A stretch of DNA of 62,274 bases from an uncultured virus (IMG/VR IMGVR_UViG_3300050202_000023) (Duplodnaviria > Heunggongvirae > Uroviricota > Caudoviricetes), in the IMG/VR virus record IMGVR_UViG_3300050202_000023, one strand, 5' to 3'. Below, piece by piece: positions 9,235 through 18,858 of this stretch (positions are counted from its first letter, which is position 1; each line of letters begins with the position of its first letter). The position numbers and the translations under genes are program-made. The notes under the pieces are model-generated. The model did no database searches. It had not been told where the DNA came from and saw only the letters and a list, made by a program, of their open reading frames with translations.

Positions 9235-10983
9235 TTATAAAATTCCAGTTGTTTGAATATCACCATTACTATTTAAGATTTGGTAAGTATATGGTGGTGT
9301 AGTTAAAGCATTATCAAACGAGATAGTTAATTGTCCACTGTTGTTTGCTCCGGCTGTAGCATTAAGTTCATTTACACACAACTGAACTTGAGAGAAGGTT
9401 ACTGTGTGATTTAATGTAATTGTATTTGCAGCTACTTCAACTCCATCTTTCTTAAGAACAATAGTTGTTGTTACAGACCCGTTAGCAGTAGATTCAGTGT
9501 AGAGTAAGTTAGCTTCTCCCTGTGTACCAGTTTTAGTAAAACTATTAATATCTAGTACAACTCCGTTACTGCTTGTATTTCGAAGATCAGTTGTATAAAT
9601 ACCACTATTGGTCAGGTTGTCATACGTAACCCGGTAACGTACTCCACAAATACCATTATTTGTACAGTTGCCTGTTGTACGACAAATAAGTACAGGTACA
9701 TTAACCCGTTCAGTTACTGTTTCAACAAAGTCCTGAATTACTTTGGTAGCTTGAACAGCCGTACCGGTACAATCAGAAATAGACAAATTAACACGTCTGT
9801 TTGTATTACTTGACCATGTTACAGTTACTGAAGCACTTGTAGCAGAACCAGTAATAGTACCACCAATCGCAGTCCAGCTATAGCTTAATACTTGTCCAGT
9901 AGAGAAAGCACTGGTAAATGTAGTTGATTTACCCACATCAGGTATAATCGTTTGTGACGTATTAATAGTAAGTCCTGTAACACCTGCACACGTAGCTACA
10001 ACCGGTGATACACTAGCAGAATACAGTTGACCATTACACCCAACTAAAGCTGCTGTAAGTCCTCCACTTGCTGTAAATCTAAGTGTGGCCGATGTAGCTG
10101 TACTACTGATTAACACAGCCCCACCCGTAGTAGCCCAAGACACTGGACCGGGCGTACCTGAGTAACTTAAAGAGTAAATATAATCAGTTGATAAACCTAC
10201 TGTTGTTGGTCCAGAAATATATACGTTTGCTGGTGCAGTACATCCGCACTCAGTTAAACTAATACCTTCAATAGTGAATCCTGCACAAGGGTCAGTATCA
10301 CCACAGCAAAATTGTTGAGCTAGATCTGGGTTATTTGTTATTGCTGTAGTTAAACTTGATAAAAAGGTCTGACTAAGTACAAGCTTTTCACCAGCTTTTG
10401 TAATAAATAAACTGTTATCAACAAGCTTGGTAATAAACGCCTCATTAGCAGTAAGCTTGGTAATAAAGTTTGTATCAGTAGCTAGTTTATTTGTAAAAAT
10501 AGTACTACTGGCGATACTTTCAAGTAATACTTGATTAGCTAAAAACGCTGTTTGAAAGGCTGTTGAGTTAACAATTTTTGTAGCAAGGCTATTAATAAAA
10601 TTGGTTAATGCCAGCAAACTTGTAGCAATTGCCTGTGTGGATAAAGAAGTTTTTAGCTGACAAACAGAAGCACTTAACTGAACAATTAAATCAGTAAAAG
10701 TAGCAGGTCGATTTGTTTCTCCAAAACAACTTAAGTCAACCGATTCTAAATCTGGAATTGTACGTTCACATAAAACCCGGTCAATTGTTTCAAGAATTGA
10801 TTCAAGATTTGTGCCGCTTCCAAGTTGTAAACAGTTAAGTTTACTGACCTCTTCAGAATTTAAATGATAGATAATAGTTGATGTATCCCTTAATGTAGTA
10901 TCAATAGGGGCTACATCCGTACAAGATGGGTTACACCGGTTACACGTATCTTGGTGACAGGGTGATAAAGAAGTACAATCCAT
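9235..10983 (-). CDS. tail fibre-like protein with helical 10-aa repeats and PKD-like domains
   Basis: FTNKLATD/FITKLTAN/FITKLVDN repeats; ISGPTTV and YSWTAIGGTI PKD-like motifs; many Cys. Confidence 0.55.
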   Translation of the reverse strand: MDCTSLSPCHQDTCNRCNPSCTDVAPIDTTLRDTSTIIYHLNSEEVSKLNCLQLGSGTNLESILETIDRVLCERTIPDLESVDLSCFGETNRPATFTDLIVQLSASVCQLKTSLSTQAIATSLLALTNFINSLATKIVNSTAFQTAFLANQVLLESIASSTIFTNKLATDTNFITKLTANEAFITKLVDNSLFITKAGEKLVLSQTFLSSLTTAITNNPDLAQQFCCGDTDPCAGFTIEGISLTECGCTAPANVYISGPTTVGLSTDYIYSLSYSGTPGPVSWATTGGAVLISSTATSATLRFTASGGLTAALVGCNGQLYSASVSPVVATCAGVTGLTINTSQTIIPDVGKSTTFTSAFSTGQVLSYSWTAIGGTITGSATSASVTVTWSSNTNRRVNLSISDCTGTAVQATKVIQDFVETVTERVNVPVLICRTTGNCTNNGICGVRYRVTYDNLTNSGIYTTDLRNTSSNGVVLDINSFTKTGTQGEANLLYTESTANGSVTTTIVLKKDGVEVAANTITLNHTVTFSQVQLCVNELNATAGANNSGQLTISFDNALTTPPYTYQILNSNGDIQTTGIL

Positions 10984-11423
10984 TAGATATTAGGTACGTA
11001 TAATGGTGTAGAGCCGGGAACATTAGCTTTTAAAGCTGCTACGTCGGCAGTTAATTTAGTTACTTGGTTAACCAGTGTTATCAAAGTTTGTCCAAGTTTA
11101 TTTACTGTTGTTAAATTCAACGTGTTAACCGGAAGTGCTACCGATATATCAGCAAGCTTTTCAGGAGTAAGTTTATTAGCTTCTTCAGTAGGACTTGTCC
11201 GATTAATTAAAGCCTGTAATAAGGTCGTTAATGATTCAAGTTCTTCTGAAGTATAAGTACGGGGAATCAGTGAGTCAATTTTTACTAACTCAAAAAGTTG
11301 TTGAAAATTTTGATCAACATCAACAATAAGCTCATCTAATGTCTTCCCTTTAATAACTTCATAACTTGTGTCAGAGGTTATACAAGCAAAAGGAAAGTTA
11401 ACTGCACATGGTAAACAAGTCAT
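10983..11423 (-). CDS. putative structural protein with C-terminal coiled coil
   Basis: Cys N-terminus, heptad C-terminus, coupled to the fibre gene. Confidence 0.5.
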   Translation of the reverse strand: MTCLPCAVNFPFACITSDTSYEVIKGKTLDELIVDVDQNFQQLFELVKIDSLIPRTYTSEELESLTTLLQALINRTSPTEEANKLTPEKLADISVALPVNTLNLTTVNKLGQTLITLVNQVTKLTADVAALKANVPGSTPLYVPNI

Positions 11424-11524
11424 TTACAACAGGAGTTACATGGACAAACTGTTTTATCATTTTTCCAGTATGCTAACCAGACACTAGCCAGATTCGGATA
11501 CGGAAAATTTTTTGGCAATTTCAT
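11420..11524 (-). CDS. 34-aa Cys-rich ORF (MKLPKNFPYP...CPCNSCCK)
   Basis: own ATG; stop overlaps the next start (ATGA); below the ORF-track cutoff. Confidence 0.4.
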   Translation of the reverse strand: MKLPKNFPYPNLASVWLAYWKNDKTVCPCNSCCK

Positions 11525-11669
11525 CCAGTTCAGGTTTTAAAAATTCAACATCAGGACTATGGGGCATATATAGACAACGTTCAATGACGTTCTGATATAT
11601 AGCATTTTTTTTAGTACAGGGCTTTCTTTTAATTTCTTTTAAAAGAAAAGTTAGTTGGGCGGTAGTCAT
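11484..11669 (-). CDS. hypothetical protein
   Basis: ATG directly after a TAATTTTG promoter element. Confidence 0.5.
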   Translation of the reverse strand: MTTAQLTFLLKEIKRKPCTKKNAIYQNVIERCLYMPHSPDVEFLKPELDEIAKKFSVSESG

Positions 11670-11673
11670 GTAC

Positions 11674-11681
11674 CAAAATTA
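11674..11681 (-). promoter_or_regulatory. Bacteroidota -7 element TAATTTTG
   Basis: matches TAnnTTTG, intergenic, 4 nt before ATG 11669. Confidence 0.5.
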
Positions 11682-11714
11682 CAGTAAATAAAAAAACAAA
11701 TTCATGTTCTTTTT

Positions 11715-12188
11715 TTATTGTAAAGAAAGTAGTAATGAAGCTTGTTTAAAGTATTCAGTAGCTTTTTTAGCATCCTGCTTAACAATAGCTTCAGCACCTA
11801 ACAATAACCCGTTAATTTTAGTAAGTTTTTGGTAAACCAGACTATCTACCGGTTCATTTATCCAGTCAATTGAGTTCATCCATTTATGCATATCACATCG
11901 AAAACTGGCAGTCTTTAAAAACGTATAACACACAAAGACCTCATCGTGTGGAGCTACACTATAGGTAGCCTGATAAACTCCGTCTGGTATATAGTTTTTT
12001 AACTGTGGTTTGGTGTATACATTTAATTCCCCAATTCGAAACGGTAAGTTTATTGGAGAAGAAGAACCGGGTCTGTGTAAAGCTAATCTTGGATACTCAG
12101 CAAAATTATTATATATACTTGTGTCCTGAATAAATAATCTATCCGGTGTATCTGGTATATGACTAATACTAAGTTGGTGACGTAACAT
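11715..12188 (-). CDS. conserved crAss-like structural-block protein
   Basis: IPDGVYQATYSVAP motif; follows the auxiliary capsid gene. Confidence 0.55.
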   Translation of the reverse strand: MLRHQLSISHIPDTPDRLFIQDTSIYNNFAEYPRLALHRPGSSSPINLPFRIGELNVYTKPQLKNYIPDGVYQATYSVAPHDEVFVCYTFLKTASFRCDMHKWMNSIDWINEPVDSLVYQKLTKINGLLLGAEAIVKQDAKKATEYFKQASLLLSLQ

Positions 12189-12207
12189 GGTCTAAATAGA
12201 TAAAGAA

Positions 12208-12237
12208 AAACCGGGCCAAGAGACCCTGACCCGGTTT
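12208..12237 (-). terminator. intrinsic terminator
   Basis: aaaccggg...cccggttt hairpin with U-tract on the minus strand. Confidence 0.6.
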
Positions 12238-12256
12238 GATGAACTAACCACCTAAC

Positions 12257-14171
12257 TTACAAACTTACTTCTGTAAGATCGTTATCAGCACTAACAATTA
12301 ACGAGTTAATTGCGGCTTCAAATTCTTTTCCTTGTCCGGCTGGAAAATAGAACCGGTAAAGAATTGCAAAATCACTTGATCCAAAGTAGGCTCCGTCTTT
12401 ATGATGCTTAACAATTTCCAGCATATAGCTATCATAGTATTGATCGGGCTTGGCTAAAAACTTACTTCCATAAATTTCACGAACTACCGGATGGAAATTA
12501 TACGGACCTTTACCAAAATAATGGAGTGAGTCCAGTTCGTGTTGAATTACATCACGACCATAACCAACCGGGTAATCAGCACTTTGCAGATGTGTAAATG
12601 GAAATGGATTTTGACAAACCGGACCATTATAAGCCTGAGCAAATGAACTGATTTTAATGTGAACCGGATCAAAGTCTTTTGAATCATAACCAACATAAGG
12701 ATATGTTTCAGCAGTAACCGGACGAACAAATCGAGCCCCTTCAAACTTAACCCCACAGTGACAACCTGTTGGTTCTTCAGCTACAGGAGCTTCTTCCCAA
12801 GACGTACCACTATAAGCTGATGGTTTCTGCCATGTGTATAGTTCTTCACCACACAGATCATCAATAACCGTATCAGATAATACTGTTAGTTTATACCGTT
12901 TAGAACAGGCCCCGTCTACATCAACAGTAACACCGGTTCCGTAAACACCTTGAAGCTCTACAAGACGATCATTACCACAAACATCATCAGCAAGTGTAAT
13001 TGTGTATACTTTTGAAGCTTTGTTAGCTGTTCCAGTCTGAGTCCAAGCAACTGTTCCAGCAGCAGGGNNNNNNNNNNAGTGATTCCTGAGACCCAACAAA
13101 AACTACTTCAGCATCAGGTACAGTTGCTGTAATTCCTGTAGTAAAGGCATCAGTCTGTGTACCGGCTGGCATTACAAACTGGTATACATCCTGTTCAACA
13201 TCGTTAGCAAGTTTAGTTTTACTAAGTTGACCAGCTTGATCAGCCATTACAGCTTCAGATGGTACCGTTACTTCAAATACAGCACCAGCAGTACGAAGTG
13301 TGTATCCAGCAGGACATACAGCACATTTTGGTAATACCGGGAATGTAGCTAGAGAAAGAGCAGTTGGGTTTGCTGCCGTACCAATTTGAGTGATCTCATA
13401 CGTAGAAATCAAGTTAGCCCGGCCTACCCGTTTAACCCCTTTTCCGGGATACTGACGTTGTACAAGACCTGTAGCCAGATCAGTACCATCGTCTACTACT
13501 GTAGTTTGAAAGCTTTTGTAAGCTACCAGTGGGGTTCCGTTTTGAGCACAGGTAGAAATACCTGTAGCTTTAGCAAAACGACTCATTGGTAAATTACCAA
13601 AATTACGCTTATTCCAAGTGTCTACAATTTGCCGCATTACCAGTTGCTCCGCACGGAAACTACCGGGTTCTGCATCTGCAATACAACCAGAATCAATAAA
13701 CAACTCTTGGTGAATGTATCCTGTAGTACCACTCATTTTGTGGATGGGGCCACCAGTAAGGTGAACATGGACTTTAACATCCTGTCCTTTTACTACTTTA
13801 AGACCCTTGGTAATATCCACACCATCATAACCAATGGCTACAATTTCTTCCTGAGTAAATGGTTTGGCAGAAACACCTTCCCACCGGGTAATCTCATCTG
13901 CTTTAAACTCAACAGTTTCATGATTCCAACTTGGAAGCTGAGCTCGTTTGAGACCCTTATCAAACTTATACGGGAAACCCTGTATAATTTTAAACTTACG
14001 TTTTTTAGCAGCAACTGGGCTAACGGTTCCCTTGAATCGGGCTCGACCGTCCTGTGTAAACACACCAATCTGTTCATTTGACAGTTCTTCAGGACCAGCC
14101 CCGTCGAACAACTTGGTGTTGTTAGTAACCAACGTGATTCGTTGGCTTTGGTTTAATTTCCCTTCGTTCAT
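12257..14171 (-). CDS. auxiliary capsid/structural protein (one gene split by the N gap near 13070)
   Basis: two ORFs abut at the gap; GYDG and CGVKFEG...GYG motifs; downstream of the MCP block. Confidence 0.6.
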
Positions 14172-14229
14172 GTAATGGAAACCGGTTAGTACCGGATTTA
14201 AAAATAATTAATTGAAAATTGTTTGTTTG

Positions 14230-14838
14230 TTACTTTAACATTGGTAATAAAATACTCAGTATTTCCTGTTGTAATTTGTCAGGTAATGATGAGTTTATTG
14301 TTTTCGATAAATGACCATCTAAATGTTCATAACCGGGTAAATCAACATTAACAGGGCTTTCATAATAACTTAGTAAAACACTGTTGACTTTAAAATCAGT
14401 ATAGTAAACTAATAGTTGATCTTTTGATTGTAAGTAGCCAGTTTCTTCCCAGTCAAAACTTGGTTGAGCTAACGGGTTTGTCCAGTTTGTGTTGACCCAT
14501 TGTGGACTTACCGGCTCAGCCGGAAAAGATCGTTTACAATCTTTTTTAGAAGCATTGACCAGTACATCAGTAAGCTGGTATAAATTCGAAGCCAGATTAA
14601 ACCGGTAAACTCGTTCATCAATTTGTACTGGTTTTATTTCTTTATCCTGTACAAGTAATGTATTTAACTGGTCCCGTAGAACTGAACTACTTTTTGTTTG
14701 TAAAGCCTGATCAAACCAAATTGATTGAGCTGCATTATATAAACTTACCCAAATTGCCGGTTCTAGATTAACCCCAACCCCAATACCAAGTCGATTAGCC
14801 TGTAGTTTTGTCTGGTAATACAGGGCTTCAGTTGTCAT
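14230..14838 (-). CDS. head-tail ring/adaptor protein
   Basis: NPLAQPSFDWEE and LSYYESPVNVDL motifs typical of the crAss-like gene after MCP+1. Confidence 0.6.
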   Translation of the reverse strand: MTTEALYYQTKLQANRLGIGVGVNLEPAIWVSLYNAAQSIWFDQALQTKSSSVLRDQLNTLLVQDKEIKPVQIDERVYRFNLASNLYQLTDVLVNASKKDCKRSFPAEPVSPQWVNTNWTNPLAQPSFDWEETGYLQSKDQLLVYYTDFKVNSVLLSYYESPVNVDLPGYEHLDGHLSKTINSSLPDKLQQEILSILLPMLK

Positions 14839-14841
14839 AGA

Positions 14842-15756
14842 TTAGGTAAATTGTGGGTCAAGTAGCATTAGTGATTCAAGTACATCCGCGTTACGACTAT
14901 CTCCAAGATAGGATACGACTTCAGCTTCATTTTTACCAAGTTCGTTTTCTTTATAAACGTAGAGACCTTTTGATCGATTGATTACTTTTTTACGAATACC
15001 AAGACGAAACAGATAAATATATTGTAGTTCTTCGTTATCTTTTCTAAGAATCTTAAGCAGGTCTTCGTAATCTTCAGGGGTCTTTAGTGTTTCTACATGA
15101 GACGATAGCAAAGAATAAAGCTGGCTTCGGGTCATTCCCCGGTTAACACCTTTATTCAGTGCTGCACCCCAGTAAAACAATTTATCAGCATCCTGTCGGT
15201 TTGAATAGAACAAGTAACCAATTTCGTCTTTAAACTCCTGTACAATAGCTTTCCGGGTAATCTGAGTCTGTGGATCGTATACGTACAAAAATGCTTTGAT
15301 TGCTGTATACTGCGGGTCTTGTAACTGACTAAACTCTTTTGCTAATACTCGGTTTTCAAGTGCTACTGTATACAGTAAAAGATCTTCAGGTTTATCCAGA
15401 TCAAGGGCTTTTTTAAAGTTACCTTTTTCAACAAGCTCCATTCGGTATGTTAACCAGAAATCAGAGTGAGCTGAAAGATCTTTACCAAGTTGACGTTCAA
15501 GCTTTTCCCGGAGTTTTTTAATCTCAGTCTGTTTAGCTGCCCGTTCTTTATCATTGGCAATCTCCATGATTCTTGGAGACTCTTCATTAAGTCCAGTTAC
15601 CCACGTATCTCCGTCTGTTTCAGTACGAACACCAAAAGACTGTCGGGCACCGGGATTAACAGAAACTCCGTCTTCTCCTTTTTTGGTACCATACTGGTTA
15701 AGTCCGTAATAAATAGCTGCTGGACTTGGTTTTTGTTTAATAAATATCTGTTTCAT
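14842..15756 (-). CDS. conserved crAss-like protein downstream of MCP
   Basis: TGLNE, LERQLGKDL...SDFW, LDLDKPED motifs; synteny. Confidence 0.6.
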   Translation of the reverse strand: MKQIFIKQKPSPAAIYYGLNQYGTKKGEDGVSVNPGARQSFGVRTETDGDTWVTGLNEESPRIMEIANDKERAAKQTEIKKLREKLERQLGKDLSAHSDFWLTYRMELVEKGNFKKALDLDKPEDLLLYTVALENRVLAKEFSQLQDPQYTAIKAFLYVYDPQTQITRKAIVQEFKDEIGYLFYSNRQDADKLFYWGAALNKGVNRGMTRSQLYSLLSSHVETLKTPEDYEDLLKILRKDNEELQYIYLFRLGIRKKVINRSKGLYVYKENELGKNEAEVVSYLGDSRNADVLESLMLLDPQFT

Positions 15757-15768
15757 GGTGGTTTATAA

Positions 15769-15802
15769 ATCCCGGGTAGGCTAGTTAAACCCACCCGGGT
15801 AT
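15769..15802 (-). terminator. hairpin after MCP
   Basis: cccgggtagg...ccacccggg inverted repeat. Confidence 0.45.
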
Positions 15803-15807
15803 TAGTA

Positions 15808-17553
15808 TTAGTAGTTTTTCAGAGGATCAACAAGCTCGACCAGAATTGACCGTGAGGGGTCTTTCAACCAGATTTCTCCGGCCCAGTGAATTGTTGTACT
15901 AAATCCAAACTTGTTTGTTGAAGCAACGTGAGAATTGGCTCCGGCTCCTACATAAGCCCGTAAGAAATCAGGACAGTATGTACCTACTTGGAAACTGGTC
16001 TCAACATTAGCAAACCGTTTAGGTTTAATCATGCAAATGTTACCCCCGTTTTCGTATCCTGAACCAGCTTCAACGCCACCAGTTGGCATTGCATTAGAGA
16101 ATGACTTGTCTGTCAGGTCTTCAACAAAAGCCCGGTAAGACTTGGTAGAATACCCACCAATAAAGCTAGTCTGGTTCTTTGTACCAACCCAGTCAAGTGA
16201 CGGATCGTGTTCAACCTGAATCTGACCGTATTCTGGTAGTGTCAAGGTTGTAAACCGGGGAGCAGCATACTCAAGATTCATTGAATCTCCGGTCAGCATA
16301 CCAGCAAGAGCCGGGTGTTGAGCCCAAACTTGGAAACCTACATCATTTTGGAAGTACCGTTTGAAGTATTTGTAAGCTTCAATAATAGCACCTTGTCCAA
16401 GTTTCCATTTCATTCTCCGCATGTGTGTCGGAAGATCAGTACGACCATAGAATAAGTCTCCTGAAATCTGAAGCAATGTTGGAATTAGTTGTTCTGGCTT
16501 TGCATACGTGTGATAGTTACCCGATTCTTTAAGCTGTGGGTAATAACCCATACCAAGACGAGTAGTAGTACCTCTAGCATCATGAAGAACCATACCACCC
16601 TGAGAATACATCAGGTTACGTTCCTGCATCTTAGCTTGTTCCCGATACATCATTTTCATGATCATCGGCATCCAACCACCTGAACCAACTACTACACCGG
16701 GACCACTACCATTAGTCTGGAATTTTTTCCGGTCAGGGTTATTCGGGTCACGAGGGTCTCCCATCGTATAGAACATGTATTGAACAGCAGCATCATGAGG
16801 ATTTTTGTACTTGTTCATGACACTCATATCCATCATGCCAGCAGCAGAACCCGTAGCAGAATATTCAATAATGTCTGCATATCCGGTCATCCAGTGTTGA
16901 ATAGACTGAAGGGCTTCACCCGTTTTAAACATCAGGGTTTCCAGACCATCAGAATCATGTGTGATACTTGAGTTTTCTTCTGACCACTCGTTTTTAAAGT
17001 TGGTCATTTTAACCCACTCAGTACCTTCCTGAACAAACCGACGATCAATGTAAGCATCCCGGTCTTCCCATGTTGGCCGCATTACATACAGGTAAGAACC
17101 GGCTCCGTGTGGTGTTGGGTTTTCAGGTTCTTCTAGGTCTACAATTGCTTGTTTACCATCTTCAAAGTCATACGTAAGAATATCTGACTTTGTATATCGG
17201 TCTGTGTTTAGAATCAGGTAGAACTTTTCAAGATTAAGACCAATTTTATCTGTTTCGTTAATATCATCCGTTACATACGGAAGTGAATATTTTACCGGTA
17301 CAGAATATGAAAGGGTTTCTCCCATTGTCTTGGTATACAGTACGTTCTTCTGAAGTTCTGTAGCAGCAAGTAAAGGGGTGTTAATCAATTGATAATCGTT
17401 CCAACGTTTAATCAGTCCCAGATAATGTTCATCTGGACCCATTAATTGTAGCAAACTGTTAGCCTCGGTATGTTTGGTACCCAGTTCCAGTTTTACAGAA
17501 TCAATTGCGATTCCTCGGTTGAGTCCATTAACCGGACTACCAGTGTTTACCAT
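15808..17553 (-). CDS. major capsid protein (crAss-like)
   Basis: 581 aa between scaffold and conserved downstream genes; GYYPQL, VEHDPSLD, EIWLKDPSRS motifs; highly biased codon usage. Confidence 0.8.
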   Translation of the reverse strand: MVNTGSPVNGLNRGIAIDSVKLELGTKHTEANSLLQLMGPDEHYLGLIKRWNDYQLINTPLLAATELQKNVLYTKTMGETLSYSVPVKYSLPYVTDDINETDKIGLNLEKFYLILNTDRYTKSDILTYDFEDGKQAIVDLEEPENPTPHGAGSYLYVMRPTWEDRDAYIDRRFVQEGTEWVKMTNFKNEWSEENSSITHDSDGLETLMFKTGEALQSIQHWMTGYADIIEYSATGSAAGMMDMSVMNKYKNPHDAAVQYMFYTMGDPRDPNNPDRKKFQTNGSGPGVVVGSGGWMPMIMKMMYREQAKMQERNLMYSQGGMVLHDARGTTTRLGMGYYPQLKESGNYHTYAKPEQLIPTLLQISGDLFYGRTDLPTHMRRMKWKLGQGAIIEAYKYFKRYFQNDVGFQVWAQHPALAGMLTGDSMNLEYAAPRFTTLTLPEYGQIQVEHDPSLDWVGTKNQTSFIGGYSTKSYRAFVEDLTDKSFSNAMPTGGVEAGSGYENGGNICMIKPKRFANVETSFQVGTYCPDFLRAYVGAGANSHVASTNKFGFSTTIHWAGEIWLKDPSRSILVELVDPLKNY

Positions 17554-17581
17554 GTTTTAGTAAAGAGTAAAGTAAATAAAA

Positions 17582-18769
17582 TTAAAATTCAGTTTTGTAA
17601 AGGTCTTTGATTTTAGCTGTGTCCAGTGTTCCTGTAGGTTTAACAACTGGTGACGTAGCTGTACGCTTGGGTGTAAACTTTAGTTTTTCAAACGTTTCAT
17701 CCACCTTAGCATTAATTTTTGGCTGGGCTAATGATTTTTTATAATTCTCCTGATCAAGTACGTATTGTGCTAGTTCAGCACTTTTAACGGGATCTTGTCG
17801 AAGTTTTAGTAATTGATAATCAAATTCTGAAAGAAGTTCTGAACCATCCTGTAAATCCCATTTGGGTTGATACATATCCCTCAGTAGTTTATTAGCCGTG
17901 TTAGGATTAACCTTTTGATCAACTAAAAACTGTTTGGTTTGTGTTACCCGGGCTCGTTTAGCATCTTCTTCTTGCTGAATTCGTCTAGTTTCGTTTGCTT
18001 TAATCGTTTCCTGCTGGTTTGAAAAATGCTCGTTATACTTAGTTTCAGCAGCACTAAATTCAGCCTGTAAGTCTTCTTCGGTTTCTGTCTCAAGTTTTTT
18101 AAGCTTTCGACTAACTTCAGCAGGTTTTAGCCCAACTATATCTGTATAAAATTTGCCGATTAATTCAAGTTTACCTTCAGTTGATTTTGTGTCAATAGCA
18201 ATAATTTTCTGTTGCTCTTTAAACAAATCAATAATAGTATCGGGGTTACCCCCTGCTTCCACTACAGAAAGAATACCATTTACTACAGCATTTGTGGCTT
18301 TGATCCGTTCCCAACCCTGAGCTAGTTTATGTTCTAGATTAAAGTCTAGTAAGTCTGCCAGTACATCTTCATCAATGTCAAGGTCATCAAACCCTTCAAT
18401 ATCAACAAACGTACCTTTATCAATTGCTTTTTTTACAGCACTCTTAAATACCTGTCTGGTATATTCTTCGTCATCATCAGCACCTGCTTCTTCAGTAACT
18501 GGTGCAGCTTCAACGGTTTGAGCTGGTTCTGTTTTAGCTGCTTCAACTGCTACAGCCGGAGCTTTATCCGATTCAGTACCAGCAGGTGTTTCAAAAATCC
18601 CATCTTTAATCTGATCCTCAACTCTTATTTCTGAGTAAGCATCTGTCTTTTCTGATGGGAGCGATGCTGTCTCAACTGGTGGAGTTACATTTGCAACTAC
18701 AGGAGCCGTTGGTGTAAATAAAGCATCAAAAAAGTTAGCGTCATCAGTGACTGATAGTGAACTTGGCAT
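17582..18769 (-). CDS. putative scaffolding protein
   Basis: acidic low-complexity N-half, helical C-half, between portal and MCP. Confidence 0.65.
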   Translation of the reverse strand: MPSSLSVTDDANFFDALFTPTAPVVANVTPPVETASLPSEKTDAYSEIRVEDQIKDGIFETPAGTESDKAPAVAVEAAKTEPAQTVEAAPVTEEAGADDDEEYTRQVFKSAVKKAIDKGTFVDIEGFDDLDIDEDVLADLLDFNLEHKLAQGWERIKATNAVVNGILSVVEAGGNPDTIIDLFKEQQKIIAIDTKSTEGKLELIGKFYTDIVGLKPAEVSRKLKKLETETEEDLQAEFSAAETKYNEHFSNQQETIKANETRRIQQEEDAKRARVTQTKQFLVDQKVNPNTANKLLRDMYQPKWDLQDGSELLSEFDYQLLKLRQDPVKSAELAQYVLDQENYKKSLAQPKINAKVDETFEKLKFTPKRTATSPVVKPTGTLDTAKIKDLYKTEF

Positions 18770-18858
18770 AGTTTAAGTGGTATAAATTTAATGTTGGTTT
18801 ATCTGTGAAAGCAATGTTTTGTAAAACTAATTCGCATAGTATAGCTTTAATATAGTTT

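Noticed and set aside
11484..11524. Programmed frameshift at AAAAAATTTT
   Set aside because: The downstream frame has its own ATG at 11524, so a simple overlapping small gene explains it.
13386..16971. Plus-strand ORFs antisense to structural genes, and similar shadow ORFs elsewhere
   Set aside because: Fully overlap well-supported genes and show no recognisable motifs.
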